Shown piece after piece: positions 36,099 through 45,980 of a DNA stretch of 64,000 bases. The notes under the pieces are model-generated. The model was given only the letters and a program-made list of their open reading frames with translations. It was not told where the DNA came from and did not search any database. How positions within the stretch are numbered: position 1 is the stretch's first letter; every line of letters starts with the position of its first letter. The DNA lies in NCBI GenBank assembly GCA_035577985.1, contig DATJZY010000029.1:23954-87953 (forward strand), written 5' to 3'. The stretch is from Candidatus Eiseniibacteriota bacterium. GTDB taxonomy: Bacteria; Desulfobacterota; Binatia; DP-6. A program made the position numbers and the translations under genes.

Positions 36099-37555
36099 CG
36101 TGCGGCCGGGATCCTCGCCGTCGCTCGCGTCGCGATCCCGTTCAGCATGCCGGCGAAGACGCGCGCGTGCAGGGGGTAGATGCCGTACCAGTACGCGAGG
36201 CCCGCGAGCCCGGCGGGATCGAAGATCGCCGTCTGGCGGATGGTGGAGCCCCGCGCGTCGGGTGTGACCTCGAACTCGAGCCACGCCCGCCCGGGCAGCT
36301 TCATTTCGGCGGCGAGGCGAAGGCGTCGCGGGGGGTCGTAGGTCTCGACCCGCCAGAAGTCCAGCGGGTCGCCGACCGACAGCGACTCGGGATCGCGCCG
36401 TCCTCGCCGCATCCCCACGCCGCCGACGAGGAGGTCGAGAAGGCCCCGCAGCCGCCACAGACCGCGCCCGGCGTACCAGCCGCTGCCTGCGCCGATGCGG
36501 CGGATCGGCGCGAAGGCGGCTTCGGGCTCGACGTCGACGTGGACGGCACGCGAGTCGACCAGCCGCGTGCCGAACCGCATCCCGCCCCAGGACGACGACA
36601 CGCCGGCCGACGAGACGGCGTCCGACCAGCGCGTCTCGGCGAGCTCACGGTCCTCGTTCGCCAGCGCGCGTGCGATAGCCTGCTGCAGCCCCATGGGCCG
36701 TACGACGAACGTCCGCAACGCCCGGTCGTCGTCCACGACGCTCGGGTTGCGCAGACTCTCGATGAGCTTGCGTCCGACGCGGGCGTAGACCGGGGTCGTG
36801 AGACCGAGCCAGAGGCTCGAGAGCCACGGCGTCAGCACGGGCACGGCGACGAGCAGGCGGCGAAGACCGCGCTGTCGCGCATACTCCCGCATGATCTCGC
36901 CGTATGAGACCCGATCGGTGCCGCCGATCTCGAAGACGCCGTCCGTCCGCGCCGGGAGCGTCAGGGTCTCGAGCAGATACGCGATCACGTCCTCGATCGC
37001 GATCGGCTGTGCGGGCGTCCAGACCCAGCGTGGGCAGATCATGATCGGCAGGCGTTCCACGAGCGCGCGAATCAGCTCGTACGACAGGCTGCCCGAGCCG
37101 AGGACGATCGAGGCCCGAAGCTCCACGACCGGAACGCCGGTCGACGCGAGCAAGGCCCCGGTCTCCTGCCGACTACGCAGGTGGGCCGAGAGGGAGGTCG
37201 CCGCCGAGCCGAGACCGCCGAGATAGACGATGCGCTGCACCCCCGCGTCGCGCGCGGCGTGCGCGAAGTTCCGTGCGGCCTCCCGGTCCTGCGATTCGAA
37301 GTCACCGCCCGAGCCCATGGAATGCACGAGGTAGTAGGCCGTGTGGACGCCCGCCATCGCGGGCTCCAGTGAAGCGGCATCGAGGCAGTCGCCGCCCACG
37401 ATCGTCGTCGGCGGCGTCACGCGCCCCGCCAGGTAATCGGGTCGCCGCGCCAGACAGCGCACACGGTGACCGGCGTCCGCGAGCGCGCGCAGGAGTCGCC
37501 CGCCGATGTAGCCGGAAGCCCCCGTGAGGAGGACGAGGTCCCTGCCCGGGGTCAC
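36095..37555 (-). CDS. NAD(P)-binding SDR-family (NmrA/epimerase-like) protein with a C-terminal DUF2867-like domain.
   Basis: Rossmann motif LVLLTGASGYIGGRLLRAL at the N-terminus. The ~150-aa C-terminal extension (WYAGRGLWRLRGLLDLLVGGVG...) is typical of DUF2867 fusions. Confidence 0.75.
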   Translation of the reverse strand: MTPGRDLVLLTGASGYIGGRLLRALADAGHRVRCLARRPDYLAGRVTPPTTIVGGDCLDAASLEPAMAGVHTAYYLVHSMGSGGDFESQDREAARNFAHAARDAGVQRIVYLGGLGSAATSLSAHLRSRQETGALLASTGVPVVELRASIVLGSGSLSYELIRALVERLPIMICPRWVWTPAQPIAIEDVIAYLLETLTLPARTDGVFEIGGTDRVSYGEIMREYARQRGLRRLLVAVPVLTPWLSSLWLGLTTPVYARVGRKLIESLRNPSVVDDDRALRTFVVRPMGLQQAIARALANEDRELAETRWSDAVSSAGVSSSWGGMRFGTRLVDSRAVHVDVEPEAAFAPIRRIGAGSGWYAGRGLWRLRGLLDLLVGGVGMRRGRRDPESLSVGDPLDFWRVETYDPPRRLRLAAEMKLPGRAWLEFEVTPDARGSTIRQTAIFDPAGLAGLAYWYGIYPLHARVFAGMLNGIATRATARIPAAR

Positions 37556-37603
37556 CCGGTGACGCTGGCAGACGCGCAGGGCTGTGACGAGGGGTGGGAA
37601 ACC

Positions 37604-38728
37604 TCAGCGCGCCGGGTCGAGGAACTCGCGGAACCCGTAGCGCGCGTGAGGTCCGAAGGCGATCTGCTCGAGGACGCCGACGCCCTCCTCGTCGCCGAGG
37701 CGTGCCTTCACGACCTGCTGGACGTGCTGGTTGTCGAGCGCCATCGGGTCGAGGTCGCTCGTGCGCCACGACTCGCCGCCGATCGCGAGCTCGCCCTTCC
37801 ACAGGCCGTGGCCCCACTCGGGATGGGTGTAGCCGATGCCCTTCATGCGGAAGCAGAGGACCGGATCGAGCCGGATCACGTCGCGCTTGTCGCCGGGATG
37901 CACGAGCGTGATCTCCGCCGCGCGCGCGCGTCGCGTGCCGGGCTCGTACGTGAGGCGGTGCTCGACGGCGACCAGGTGGTGCGTCTTCGGGTCCTCCATC
38001 GCCGGGACACGGTCGAGCGACTCGTGCGCCGGCACGACGACGCCGTCCCAGTGCCACACGCGACCTTCGGAGTCTTCGAACACGCTGACGAGCGAGCACC
38101 GGTCCTTCCAGTGGATCGGCGACCAGATGAAGAAGATCTGCGGCATCTCGTAGAGGGGAGCGCCGCCCGGATCCTGCACGCCGACGGGTCGGATGCCCCA
38201 GGAGCGGTCCTTGGTGCCGTAGACGCGAGCGGGATCGATCGCGAGCCGCTTCCCGTCGTAGCCGATCTCGCCCTCCCAGCGCCCGAACTGGTCGAAGCGG
38301 GTCGCGTCCATGATGACGCGACCGCCTCGCCGCATGGTCTGGCGCCCCTCCTCGACGTTCGCCGTGCGCGGCGTCCAGCGTAGGTCGCACGCGATACCGG
38401 TCTCGTTCTCGTCGATCGTGACGCGAAGACGCCGCATCGGCTCGACGATCTGGATCCGGAACGGCCCGACCTCGACCTCGGTCGGCTCGCGCGGCGCGCG
38501 GCGGGAGGCGTGGAAGGCATGCTGCACGCCGTCGCGCACGATCGAGAAGCCGCAGTCCATGATGCCGAGGTTCGGATAGAGCGCGGCGCCGATGCCGAAG
38601 TAGAACTCGCCGTCGGCGGCGTAGCCGTTGAACCAGTAGCGGTCATAGGCGTTCCGATCGCTCGTCGCGGGGTGCGCGATCGGATCGGGCGTCTGGTGGA
38701 CCGGATAGTCGTCGAGCTTCGAGAGCAT
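37604..38728 (-). CDS. Conserved hypothetical protein (374 aa). A carotenoid 1,2-hydratase (CrtC-like) role is possible but unverified.
   Basis: Clean ORF with non-junk composition (MLSKLDDYPVHQTPDPIAHPATSDRNAYDRYWFNGYAADGEFYFGIG...). The only link to carotenoid function is its position in the cluster. Confidence 0.55.
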   Translation of the reverse strand: MLSKLDDYPVHQTPDPIAHPATSDRNAYDRYWFNGYAADGEFYFGIGAALYPNLGIMDCGFSIVRDGVQHAFHASRRAPREPTEVEVGPFRIQIVEPMRRLRVTIDENETGIACDLRWTPRTANVEEGRQTMRRGGRVIMDATRFDQFGRWEGEIGYDGKRLAIDPARVYGTKDRSWGIRPVGVQDPGGAPLYEMPQIFFIWSPIHWKDRCSLVSVFEDSEGRVWHWDGVVVPAHESLDRVPAMEDPKTHHLVAVEHRLTYEPGTRRARAAEITLVHPGDKRDVIRLDPVLCFRMKGIGYTHPEWGHGLWKGELAIGGESWRTSDLDPMALDNQHVQQVVKARLGDEEGVGVLEQIAFGPHARYGFREFLDPAR

Positions 38729-38793
38729 GGTGGGGGTCTCCCGGCCGGGTTCTTAGCGACGCGGGCGCAGGGGACGCAAGGCGCCGCTCCCGC

Positions 38794-40302
38794 ATGCGAT
38801 TTGACGAGGTACCCGACGACGACGAAAGCTTGCGCATCCTCCCCGTCGCCCTCACCCTCGCCTCCGCGGCGCTCTACGGGATCGCGTTCGTCCGCCCGGC
38901 GACGGCGCCCGTCGCGTGGGTCGCGCTGGCACCGTTCTTCGTCGCGCTGGCGCGCGTGCGACCGCGTGCGGGCGCGGGGCTCGGCCTCCTCATGGCACTC
39001 GCCGGCGGGCTCGGCGTCACGTGGTGGCTGCCATCGATGGCGATGCAGTATTTCGGAGCGGGGGCGCTCGTCGCCTGGGGCGGTTGGCTCGCGCTCTGCA
39101 CGGTGACCGTCGCGCCGCCGCTCGTCGTCTTCGGCGGCTGGACCAGCTGGCTCGCCGCGCGCGGCGGGGCGTCGCCGCTCGTCGTCGCCGCGGGGTGGTG
39201 CGCGTTCGAGTTTGCGCGCTCGCGCCTGTGGGTTGGAAATCCGTGGGCGATCGCCGGCTACTCGCAGATGGCGTTCCTGCCGGTCGTGCAGATCGCCGAC
39301 GTGTCCGGGCCGTACGGACCCGGATTGCTCATCGCGGCCGTGAACGCGACGATCGCCGCGGCGTTCGCGCCGCCGCTTCGTGGTCGGCATCCCGCGCGCT
39401 CGGCCGTCGCCGTCGCCGTGCTCGTGGTCGCGACGCTCGCCTACGGAGCATGGCGCCTCCGCGAGCCGTTCGGAGACGGCGACGGCGTTCGCGTCGCCGT
39501 CGTGCAGCCGGCCGTGCCCGCGCAGCAGCGACGGACGCTGGGCGGTCGCGCGCTCGCGCTCGACCGGCAGATGCAGGCGACGCGCGAGGCCATCGCGGCC
39601 GGCGCGAAGCTCGTCGTCTGGCCCGAGAACGCGATCGACTTCTACCTCGACGAGCGAACGCCGGAGCGCGACGCGCTGCTCGCGACTGCCGCCGGCCTCG
39701 ACGCCGACCTCGTCCTCGGTGGCTCGTCGTACACCTACGGCGAGGGCGCGCTCCGGTACCGGAACTCCGTCTACCTCTTGCAGCAGGGCATGGTGGCGGG
39801 GCGCTACGACAAGCTCCACCTGTTGCCGATCGCCGAGGGGACGTACGCGCCCGGGGCACTTCCGTACGCGCTTCGAACTCGCGCGGGGCTCGTCGGCGCG
39901 TTCATCTGCTTCGAAGCGATGTACCCCGAGCTGGTCCGTCGCATCGCCGCCGGCGGACCGACGCTCCTCGCGAACCTGTCAAATGACGCCTGGTTCGGCG
40001 CCGGCCAGCCGTCGCGGATGCACCTCGACATGGCGCGGCTGCGCGCCGTCGAGCAGCGGCGCTGGCTCGTCCGGGCCACCACCACGGGGATCTCGGCGAT
40101 CGTCGACCCGCATGGTCGCATAGTTGCGGAGTCCGCAAGCGACGTACCGGCAACGTTGCAGGGGACGGTACGACCTTCGGGCAGTGTCACGGTGTACCAA
40201 CGCCAGGGCGATTTCGTCGCGTGGATCGCCGTCGGGATTGGCATAGCCGCAACGATGGTGTCATACCTTGGACGCCGGAATCTGCACGGAGGAGGTATCT
40301 GA
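38794..40302 (+). CDS. Apolipoprotein N-acyltransferase (Lnt)-like membrane CN-hydrolase.
   Basis: N-terminal multi-TM domain followed by a carbon-nitrogen hydrolase domain: VAVVQPAVPAQQRRT..., LVVWPENAIDFYL (Glu), YDKLHLLP (Lys), AFICFEAMYP (Cys). This is the Lnt architecture. Confidence 0.8.
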   Translation: MRFDEVPDDDESLRILPVALTLASAALYGIAFVRPATAPVAWVALAPFFVALARVRPRAGAGLGLLMALAGGLGVTWWLPSMAMQYFGAGALVAWGGWLALCTVTVAPPLVVFGGWTSWLAARGGASPLVVAAGWCAFEFARSRLWVGNPWAIAGYSQMAFLPVVQIADVSGPYGPGLLIAAVNATIAAAFAPPLRGRHPARSAVAVAVLVVATLAYGAWRLREPFGDGDGVRVAVVQPAVPAQQRRTLGGRALALDRQMQATREAIAAGAKLVVWPENAIDFYLDERTPERDALLATAAGLDADLVLGGSSYTYGEGALRYRNSVYLLQQGMVAGRYDKLHLLPIAEGTYAPGALPYALRTRAGLVGAFICFEAMYPELVRRIAAGGPTLLANLSNDAWFGAGQPSRMHLDMARLRAVEQRRWLVRATTTGISAIVDPHGRIVAESASDVPATLQGTVRPSGSVTVYQRQGDFVAWIAVGIGIAATMVSYLGRRNLHGGGI

Positions 40303-40985
40303 TGTTCATTCGCATCCTGGCGATCGCAGCGCTCGCGGCCCTTCCCGCCGTCGCCCGCGCAGCCGTCGACTGCACCGCGCGCGAGCCGCTCCTGCCGCAT
40401 GTGTGCGCGAGTGGCGCCAACGAGGGTTCGACCTGTCAGCCCGACTTCACCGGAGCCGACACGCTCATCTGCAGCGCGTCGCGGCCGGCGCAGAACGATA
40501 CGTGCGGCGGCGCGAAGTGCACCATGGTGTTCGAGAAGGGCGCCAACTTCTCGGCCGAGATGCTGATCATCGTCGACGACAACGTGAGCCAGATGGACGG
40601 CGCGCAGTCGATCAACAACGCCGTCGCCGCGACCGTCGTCTTCAACCTGGGCAAGAACGGCTTCTTCGCGCAGACCTATCAGACGCTCGGCGCGGACCTG
40701 GCGTCGCTCACGCAAGCCCCGGTCGACGACTTCGGCGTCACGCTGGACGAGCAGCGGCTCCGCCAGGAGATGCTGCCGCACCCCAACGAAACGAAGGCCG
40801 CCATCGTGAACGACCTCCTCTTCCGCCCGCAGGACACGGACCTCGCCGACGCGCTGCGGGCGCTCTTCGTCACCACGGGGACGCCGGTGGTCTTCAAGGT
40901 GAGCTCGCCGGTGCTGAGCGACCACACCGATGGCCTGGCGACGGTGATGCGCCTCAAGGTGAAGGGCGGGTTCATCCTGCCGTAG
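40302..40985 (+). CDS. Hypothetical exported protein (227 aa).
   Basis: TGATG overlap with the lnt-like stop, with a GGAGGT ribosome-binding site. Signal peptide MFIRILAIAALAALPAVARAAV. Confidence 0.55.
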   Translation: MFIRILAIAALAALPAVARAAVDCTAREPLLPHVCASGANEGSTCQPDFTGADTLICSASRPAQNDTCGGAKCTMVFEKGANFSAEMLIIVDDNVSQMDGAQSINNAVAATVVFNLGKNGFFAQTYQTLGADLASLTQAPVDDFGVTLDEQRLRQEMLPHPNETKAAIVNDLLFRPQDTDLADALRALFVTTGTPVVFKVSSPVLSDHTDGLATVMRLKVKGGFILP

Positions 40986-41117
40986 GCTCGTCTCGCCGGC
41001 GGTGCTACACGCCGTCGGCATGATCGCGCTCTACTACGCTCCCCGCACACCTCCAGTCCGGGCGCTCGAGGGCGAGGCGCGGCCCGCGTTCCAGCGCGCG
41101 ACGGCGGACTGAGCCGC

Positions 41118-41645
41118 ATGGACGTCCTCGGCATGTCGGGCAGCCTCCGTGCCGCATCGACGAACGCGCGCCTGCTGCGCGCCGCCGCGAAGCTCGCGCC
41201 CGACGGAATGCAGTTCACGTTCTACGACGAGCAGATCGCCGCCCTGCCCCACTTCAGCCCGGACCTGGACGGCGAACGAGCCGCGGCTCCGCCTGCGGTG
41301 GCCGACCTCCGGCGACGCCTCTCGGCCGCCGACGCGGTGCTCATCTGCTGTCCGGAGTACGCGCACGGCGTTCCCGGTGCGTTCAAGAACGCGCTCGACT
41401 GGATCGTGTCGAGCGGCGAGCTCACCGACAGGCCGGTCGCGCTCGTCATGGCGTCGGCCAGCGGGGCGGAGCACGCACGTGCGGCGCTCGCGTCCACGCT
41501 CCGGGTCATGGGCGCGAACCTCGTCTTCGAGCGGTCGCTCGCCTTCTCGCCGAGGTACCTGGGGGCGGACGGCAGCATCCTCGACCCGGAGGCGGAGCGC
41601 GCCGTCCGCGAAGCCGTCGTCGCGCTCAGTCGTCCTTCGCCTTGA
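41118..41645 (+). CDS. NAD(P)H-dependent FMN reductase (flavodoxin-like fold).
   Basis: Family pattern: MSGSLRAASTNARLLRAA, YDEQIAALPHFSPDLD, DAVLICCPEYAHGVPGAFKNALDW. Confidence 0.75.
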   Translation: MDVLGMSGSLRAASTNARLLRAAAKLAPDGMQFTFYDEQIAALPHFSPDLDGERAAAPPAVADLRRRLSAADAVLICCPEYAHGVPGAFKNALDWIVSSGELTDRPVALVMASASGAEHARAALASTLRVMGANLVFERSLAFSPRYLGADGSILDPEAERAVREAVVALSRPSP

Positions 41646-44600
41646 ACTGTCCCGGGTCGTTGCGCTGGATGCCGATGCCGACGTGCTGGGTCTTCCAGCA
41701 CGGTCCGTTGGTCGACTGCAGCTGGACCACGACCGGCGCGGTGAGCGGCAGGGCGAACGGCGGGATGTTGTCTCCCTTGGCCTTCAGGTGGATCGTCGTC
41801 CCGCCGCGGACCAAGCTCGACTTGAGAAGGACCTTCGCGATGCCCTGCGGCGTGCGCGCCTGATCCGTGTATTTGTAGCCGATGGTCGAGATCGGCTTCC
41901 AGCACGGACCGGTGCCGCAGGTGCCGCCGGCGGGTGCCACGAGCGAGAGCGCGAGACGACCGCCGTCCTCGTCGAAGATGCAGAGCGTGTAGGAGTTGGT
42001 CATGGTCGGATCGCGGAACTCGGAGATGGTCGTGGCGTCACCCTTCATGAGCTTCCACGCCACCAGGTCACCGGCGTTCGGAACCCGGTCGGAGATCTGG
42101 ATCTTGCCCTTGAGCGGCAGCACCGGACCGCGACAGGTGGGACGCGGCCCCTTCTGGCAGCCGGCGCTGGGCTCGCAGATCTCGCACGCATCGCAGACGA
42201 CGGGCGTCCCGGTCGTGCAGATGCCGCTGGCGCAGGTCTCGCCGCTGGTGCACGCATTGCCGTCATCGCACGGGGTGCCATCGGGCTCCGGCGGCCCGAC
42301 GCACTGCCCGAGGCTCTCGTTGCACTGGCCGATGCGGCACTCGCCTCCGACCGCGCTACAGTCGCGCGGGCTGCCGGTGCAGCTCCCACCGCCGCACGTG
42401 TCGTTCACCGTGCAGAACAGGCCGTCGTTGCAGGGGAGCGTGTTGTTCGTGTGCGTGCAGCCGCCCGTCGGCGTACACGAGTCGGTGGTGCACGGGTTCC
42501 CGTCGTTGCAGTTCGGCGGCGGGCCACCCTGACAGGTTCCGCCATTGCAGGCATCCCCGGTCGTGCACGAGTTGCCGTCGTTGCACGGCGCGTTGTTGAA
42601 GACGTGCACGCAACCCGACACCGGGTTGCAGCTGTCGTCGGTACAGGGGTTGCCGTCGTTGCACGAGACCGGATCGCTGAGGCAGGCGTGGCCGACGCAC
42701 CGCTCGTTGGTGCTGCATTGGTCGCTGTCCGCACATTGCGAGTCGACGTTGCAGCAGCCGGCGATCGGCGAGTGTGCGCAGCCGGAGACGGGGTTGCAGC
42801 TGTCGGCCGTGCAGGGATTCGTGTCGTCGCAGTTGGCTGACGCGCCGGCGGTACAGGTCCCGCCGCCGCAGATATCGCCGACCGTGCAGGCGTTGCCGTC
42901 GGAGCAGGAGGCCGTGTTGTTGGTGTGCTGGCATCCCGTGGCGGGAACGCAGGTATCCGTCGTGCAGACGTTGAGGTCGTTGCAGTCGGGCGGGGACCCG
43001 CCGACGCACGAGCCCCCGGCGCAGGTGTCGTTCGTCGTGCACGCATTCCCGTCGTTGCACGGGCTCGTGTTGTTCGTGTTCACGCAGCCCGAGCCGGGGT
43101 TGCACGTGTCGTCGGTGCAGCCGTTCGAATCGTTGCAGTTGAGCGGGGGGCCGGGCACGCAGACGCCGCCGTTGCATGCGTCACTCGCCGTGCAGGCGTT
43201 GCCGTCGGTGCACGGGGCGGTGTTGTTGGAGTGCGTGCAGCCCGACACCGGGTTGCAGCCGTCGTCGGTGCACGGGTTGCCGTCGTCGCAGTTGAGGGAG
43301 CCACCGGGGACGCAGACACCGCCCGCGCACGTGTCGCCCACCGTGCAGAGGCTGCCGTCGCTGCAGGAGGAGGTATTGTTGGTGTGCGTACATCCCGACG
43401 CGGGATTGCAGCCGTCGGTGGTGCAGACGTTGCCGTCGTCGCAGTTGGGCGGCGCGCCGGGCACGCAGCTGCCGCCGCTGCACGTGTCACCCACCGTACA
43501 GGCGCTGCCATCGCTGCACGGCGCCGTGTTGTTCGTGTGCGTGCACCCCGACGCGGGATTGCAGCCGTCGTCGGTACACACGTCGCCGTCGTCGCAGTTG
43601 GGTGGGGTGCTGCCGACGCACGTTCCGCCCGCGCAGACGTCGACGGTCGTGCAGGCGTCGCCGTCGTCGCACGGTGCCGTGTTGTTCGGATGCGTGCACG
43701 CCCCCGCGCCGTTGCACTGGTCGTTGGTGCAGGCGTTGCCGTCGTTCGTGCACGGCGTGCCGGCGGTGACGGCGCAGTTGTTGAGGGTCTCGTTGCAGAC
43801 GTTGTTGCACTCCGGGCCGCCGAGGCAGGGATTCCCGGCGTGGGTCGCGCATCGCAGCTGGCTGCCGTTGCACGTGTCGGCTCCCGTGCAGAACGCGCCG
43901 TCGTCGCACGTCGCGGTCGCATCGAAGAGCGCGTTGCTCGCGGTCCACACCGGCCCGTTGGTGAGCGTCCCGGAGGTGGCCGGGCTGCCGACGGAGTCGG
44001 CGATCGTGGTGCCCGTGTTCTCGCCGAGACCCCAGCGTGCCACCAGGCCCGTCCCCGACGTCAGCTGCGACGACATCGTCGACTGGATCTGGGTCTGGGT
44101 GCGCGCCAGGTTCCAGATGCGCACCTCGTCGAGCAGGCCGGCGAACGCGCCGGTCGCAGGCGTGCCGGTCGTCGTCAGCATGCCGGCGAGGGCGGCAGGC
44201 TGCAGGCTGTCGAAGCGCGGAGTCGCACCCGGAACGAGCGATCCCTCGAGGTTGCCGTCGAGGTACAGGCGCATGGTCGTGCCGTCGAACGTGACGGCCG
44301 CGTGGTGCCAGTTGTTGTTCACGATCGCCGTCGTGCCGGACAGGGGATGGTTGCCGCCGGTCGCCGTGTCCTCGAAGTCGGCGGCGATCACATTGCCCGT
44401 CGTGTTGATCCCGAGGATGTAGTTCGCGTCGCAGCGACCGTCACCCGTCGGGCAGCCGGCGCCGTCGGCCTGGGGGGCACCCTTGGAGACCAGCGGCACG
44501 AAGGTCGAGATGCCGCCGCTTCCGGTGCTGCCGACGGTGCCCGTCCCTTCGCGCTTGAACCAGGTCTCGACGGTGAACATCGAGAGCCCGAGCTCGGCGG

Positions 44601-45468
44601 CGTTGCCGAAGGTTACGTAGTCGTTCGTCCCGTCGAAGCGCAGCATCGTGTTGGTGGCATTGGCGCACGGCGCGATGTCGAACGGCGCGCCGGTGGTCCA
44701 GGCGAAGTTCGTCCCGGTGATGGTACCGTTCTGGGCGGGTCCGGCGGAGTCGCCCACCGTCGTGCCGGACCCCTCCCCGAGTCCCCAGCGTGCCACCAGA
44801 TTCGGATCCGACGGGTTCTGGACGTTCATCGTGGCGCGGATCTGCGTCGCGGTCCTGGCCGTTCCCCAGATGCGGGCTTCATCGATGCGCCCGTCGAAGA
44901 ACCCGTTCGGCGTCCCGGTCGACGTGAGCATCGTCGCGAGACCGGCGTGTTGAATGCTGTCGGAGCGGGCAGGAGCACCGACCGCGAGCTCGGCTTCGAG
45001 CTCGCCGTTCAGGTAGAGACGCCAGGTGGTGCCGTCGTACGTCGCGGCCGCGTGATACCAGACGTTGCTCTGGATCGATGTGACGCCGACGACGGGATGG
45101 TTGTTGCCGAGCGGGCCGGGCCCGCCGGCCCCTTCCTCGAAGTCGGCGGCGAGCACGTTGCCGGTCGTGCTGATGCCGAGCACGTAGTTCGCATCGAGGT
45201 TGGAGCCGTCGGCCTCCGAAGCGCCCTTGGTTACGAGCGGAACCAGGGTGACCCCGTTGCTGCCCGTCGATGCGGAAATTCCCGTGCCCTGCCGATTGAA
45301 CCACGTCTCCAGCGTGAAGGTGGCGAGCCCGAGCGCCGACGGATTGCCGAAGGTCACGTAGGCATTGTTCGGCGAACCGGACGACGGGGCGAAGTCGAGA
45401 CCGGAATCCTGGGCCGACGCGATGCTCGCGAGGACGACGATCGAAGTTGCGACGACGCGCACGAACAT
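41626..45468 (-). CDS. Giant secreted multi-domain protein, paralog A (1,280 aa). Architecture: signal peptide, two LamG/ConA-like domains, ~13 Myxococcales-type Cys-rich repeats, then a conserved ~165-aa C-terminal module.
   Basis: Signal peptide MFVRVVATSIVVLASIASAQ. Two LamG-like units (..TFTLETWFNRQGTG..WYHAAATYDGTTWRLYLNGEL.. and ..FTVETWFKREGTG..WHHAAVTFDGTTMRLYLDGNL..). Tandem ~42-aa repeats of the form CxDGNxCTxDxCNPxSGCTHxNNTxPCxDGxACTxGDTCxGGxCVxGxPPN. The C-terminal module ends ...RNDPGQFKAKDD. Confidence 0.8.
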   Translation of the reverse strand: MFVRVVATSIVVLASIASAQDSGLDFAPSSGSPNNAYVTFGNPSALGLATFTLETWFNRQGTGISASTGSNGVTLVPLVTKGASEADGSNLDANYVLGISTTGNVLAADFEEGAGGPGPLGNNHPVVGVTSIQSNVWYHAAATYDGTTWRLYLNGELEAELAVGAPARSDSIQHAGLATMLTSTGTPNGFFDGRIDEARIWGTARTATQIRATMNVQNPSDPNLVARWGLGEGSGTTVGDSAGPAQNGTITGTNFAWTTGAPFDIAPCANATNTMLRFDGTNDYVTFGNAAELGLSMFTVETWFKREGTGTVGSTGSGGISTFVPLVSKGAPQADGAGCPTGDGRCDANYILGINTTGNVIAADFEDTATGGNHPLSGTTAIVNNNWHHAAVTFDGTTMRLYLDGNLEGSLVPGATPRFDSLQPAALAGMLTTTGTPATGAFAGLLDEVRIWNLARTQTQIQSTMSSQLTSGTGLVARWGLGENTGTTIADSVGSPATSGTLTNGPVWTASNALFDATATCDDGAFCTGADTCNGSQLRCATHAGNPCLGGPECNNVCNETLNNCAVTAGTPCTNDGNACTNDQCNGAGACTHPNNTAPCDDGDACTTVDVCAGGTCVGSTPPNCDDGDVCTDDGCNPASGCTHTNNTAPCSDGSACTVGDTCSGGSCVPGAPPNCDDGNVCTTDGCNPASGCTHTNNTSSCSDGSLCTVGDTCAGGVCVPGGSLNCDDGNPCTDDGCNPVSGCTHSNNTAPCTDGNACTASDACNGGVCVPGPPLNCNDSNGCTDDTCNPGSGCVNTNNTSPCNDGNACTTNDTCAGGSCVGGSPPDCNDLNVCTTDTCVPATGCQHTNNTASCSDGNACTVGDICGGGTCTAGASANCDDTNPCTADSCNPVSGCAHSPIAGCCNVDSQCADSDQCSTNERCVGHACLSDPVSCNDGNPCTDDSCNPVSGCVHVFNNAPCNDGNSCTTGDACNGGTCQGGPPPNCNDGNPCTTDSCTPTGGCTHTNNTLPCNDGLFCTVNDTCGGGSCTGSPRDCSAVGGECRIGQCNESLGQCVGPPEPDGTPCDDGNACTSGETCASGICTTGTPVVCDACEICEPSAGCQKGPRPTCRGPVLPLKGKIQISDRVPNAGDLVAWKLMKGDATTISEFRDPTMTNSYTLCIFDEDGGRLALSLVAPAGGTCGTGPCWKPISTIGYKYTDQARTPQGIAKVLLKSSLVRGGTTIHLKAKGDNIPPFALPLTAPVVVQLQSTNGPCWKTQHVGIGIQRNDPGQFKAKDD
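42131..43915. repeat. Coding tandem-repeat array inside paralog A. The units are ~126 bp and encode the Cys-rich repeat (~13 copies).
   Basis: Periodic recurrence of TGCAACGACGGCAACG/TGCACGCAC...AACAACAC codon strings. The boundaries are approximate. Confidence 0.6.
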
Positions 45469-45980
45469 CTGCTAATCCCTTCGCGCCACGGTGCGGTCTC
45501 AATAGACAGAGATAAGGGTATCCCTGTCAAGACGGAAGAGAATGAAGTAGCGCCGTGTCTCGCGTTTTCTTCGGTCCGTGTCGCTTGCGTCCTGCGCTGT
45601 AGCGCCTGCGCTAGGCGGGGGCCGCCGGGGCGCAGGCCGCGAGAGGCTGAGCATCATCTCGTCGCCGGTCGCGCCATCGTCACGTGCGTCGCCCTGGTGT
45701 GCGGCCGTCGCGTCTCGGCCAACATCTCTTTGTGCAGCAAGGAGCTACGACCGGCGCCCGCCAGGGAGCGCGTGGGCGAAAATCCGTTGACGCTCCGGTG
45801 AGCCGTCCCGGTGGCGCGACGCTCACGCCGCTCCGGTCGCGTCGAGTCGGACTTCTTCGTGTCGCGAAATCGTGCGTTTGGCGGACTCCAACCCCGTGTT
45901 TTCACTTGACGTAGTGGACCGTAGGCAGGTTAGAACGGTGACTCGCACTCGCTGCAACGATGTTACGTCCCGGAGGCAGA
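45469..45980. promoter_or_regulatory. 512-bp divergent intergenic region between paralog A (-) and paralog B (+), presumed to hold promoters for both.
   Basis: No credible ORF. The GC content is visibly lower next to the paralog A start (ctaatcccttcgc...aatagacagagataagggtatccctgtcaagacggaagagaatgaagtag). A GGAGG ribosome-binding site lies 4 nt before the paralog B ATG, and a TTGACG hexamer at ~45906. Confidence 0.4.

Noticed and set aside
39804-41021. 405-aa minus-strand ORF opposite the 3' end of the lnt-like gene and the secreted hypothetical gene
   Set aside because: It is antisense to the well-supported lnt-like gene (CN-hydrolase motifs on the + strand). The translation is R/E/H/V-rich with no recognisable motifs.
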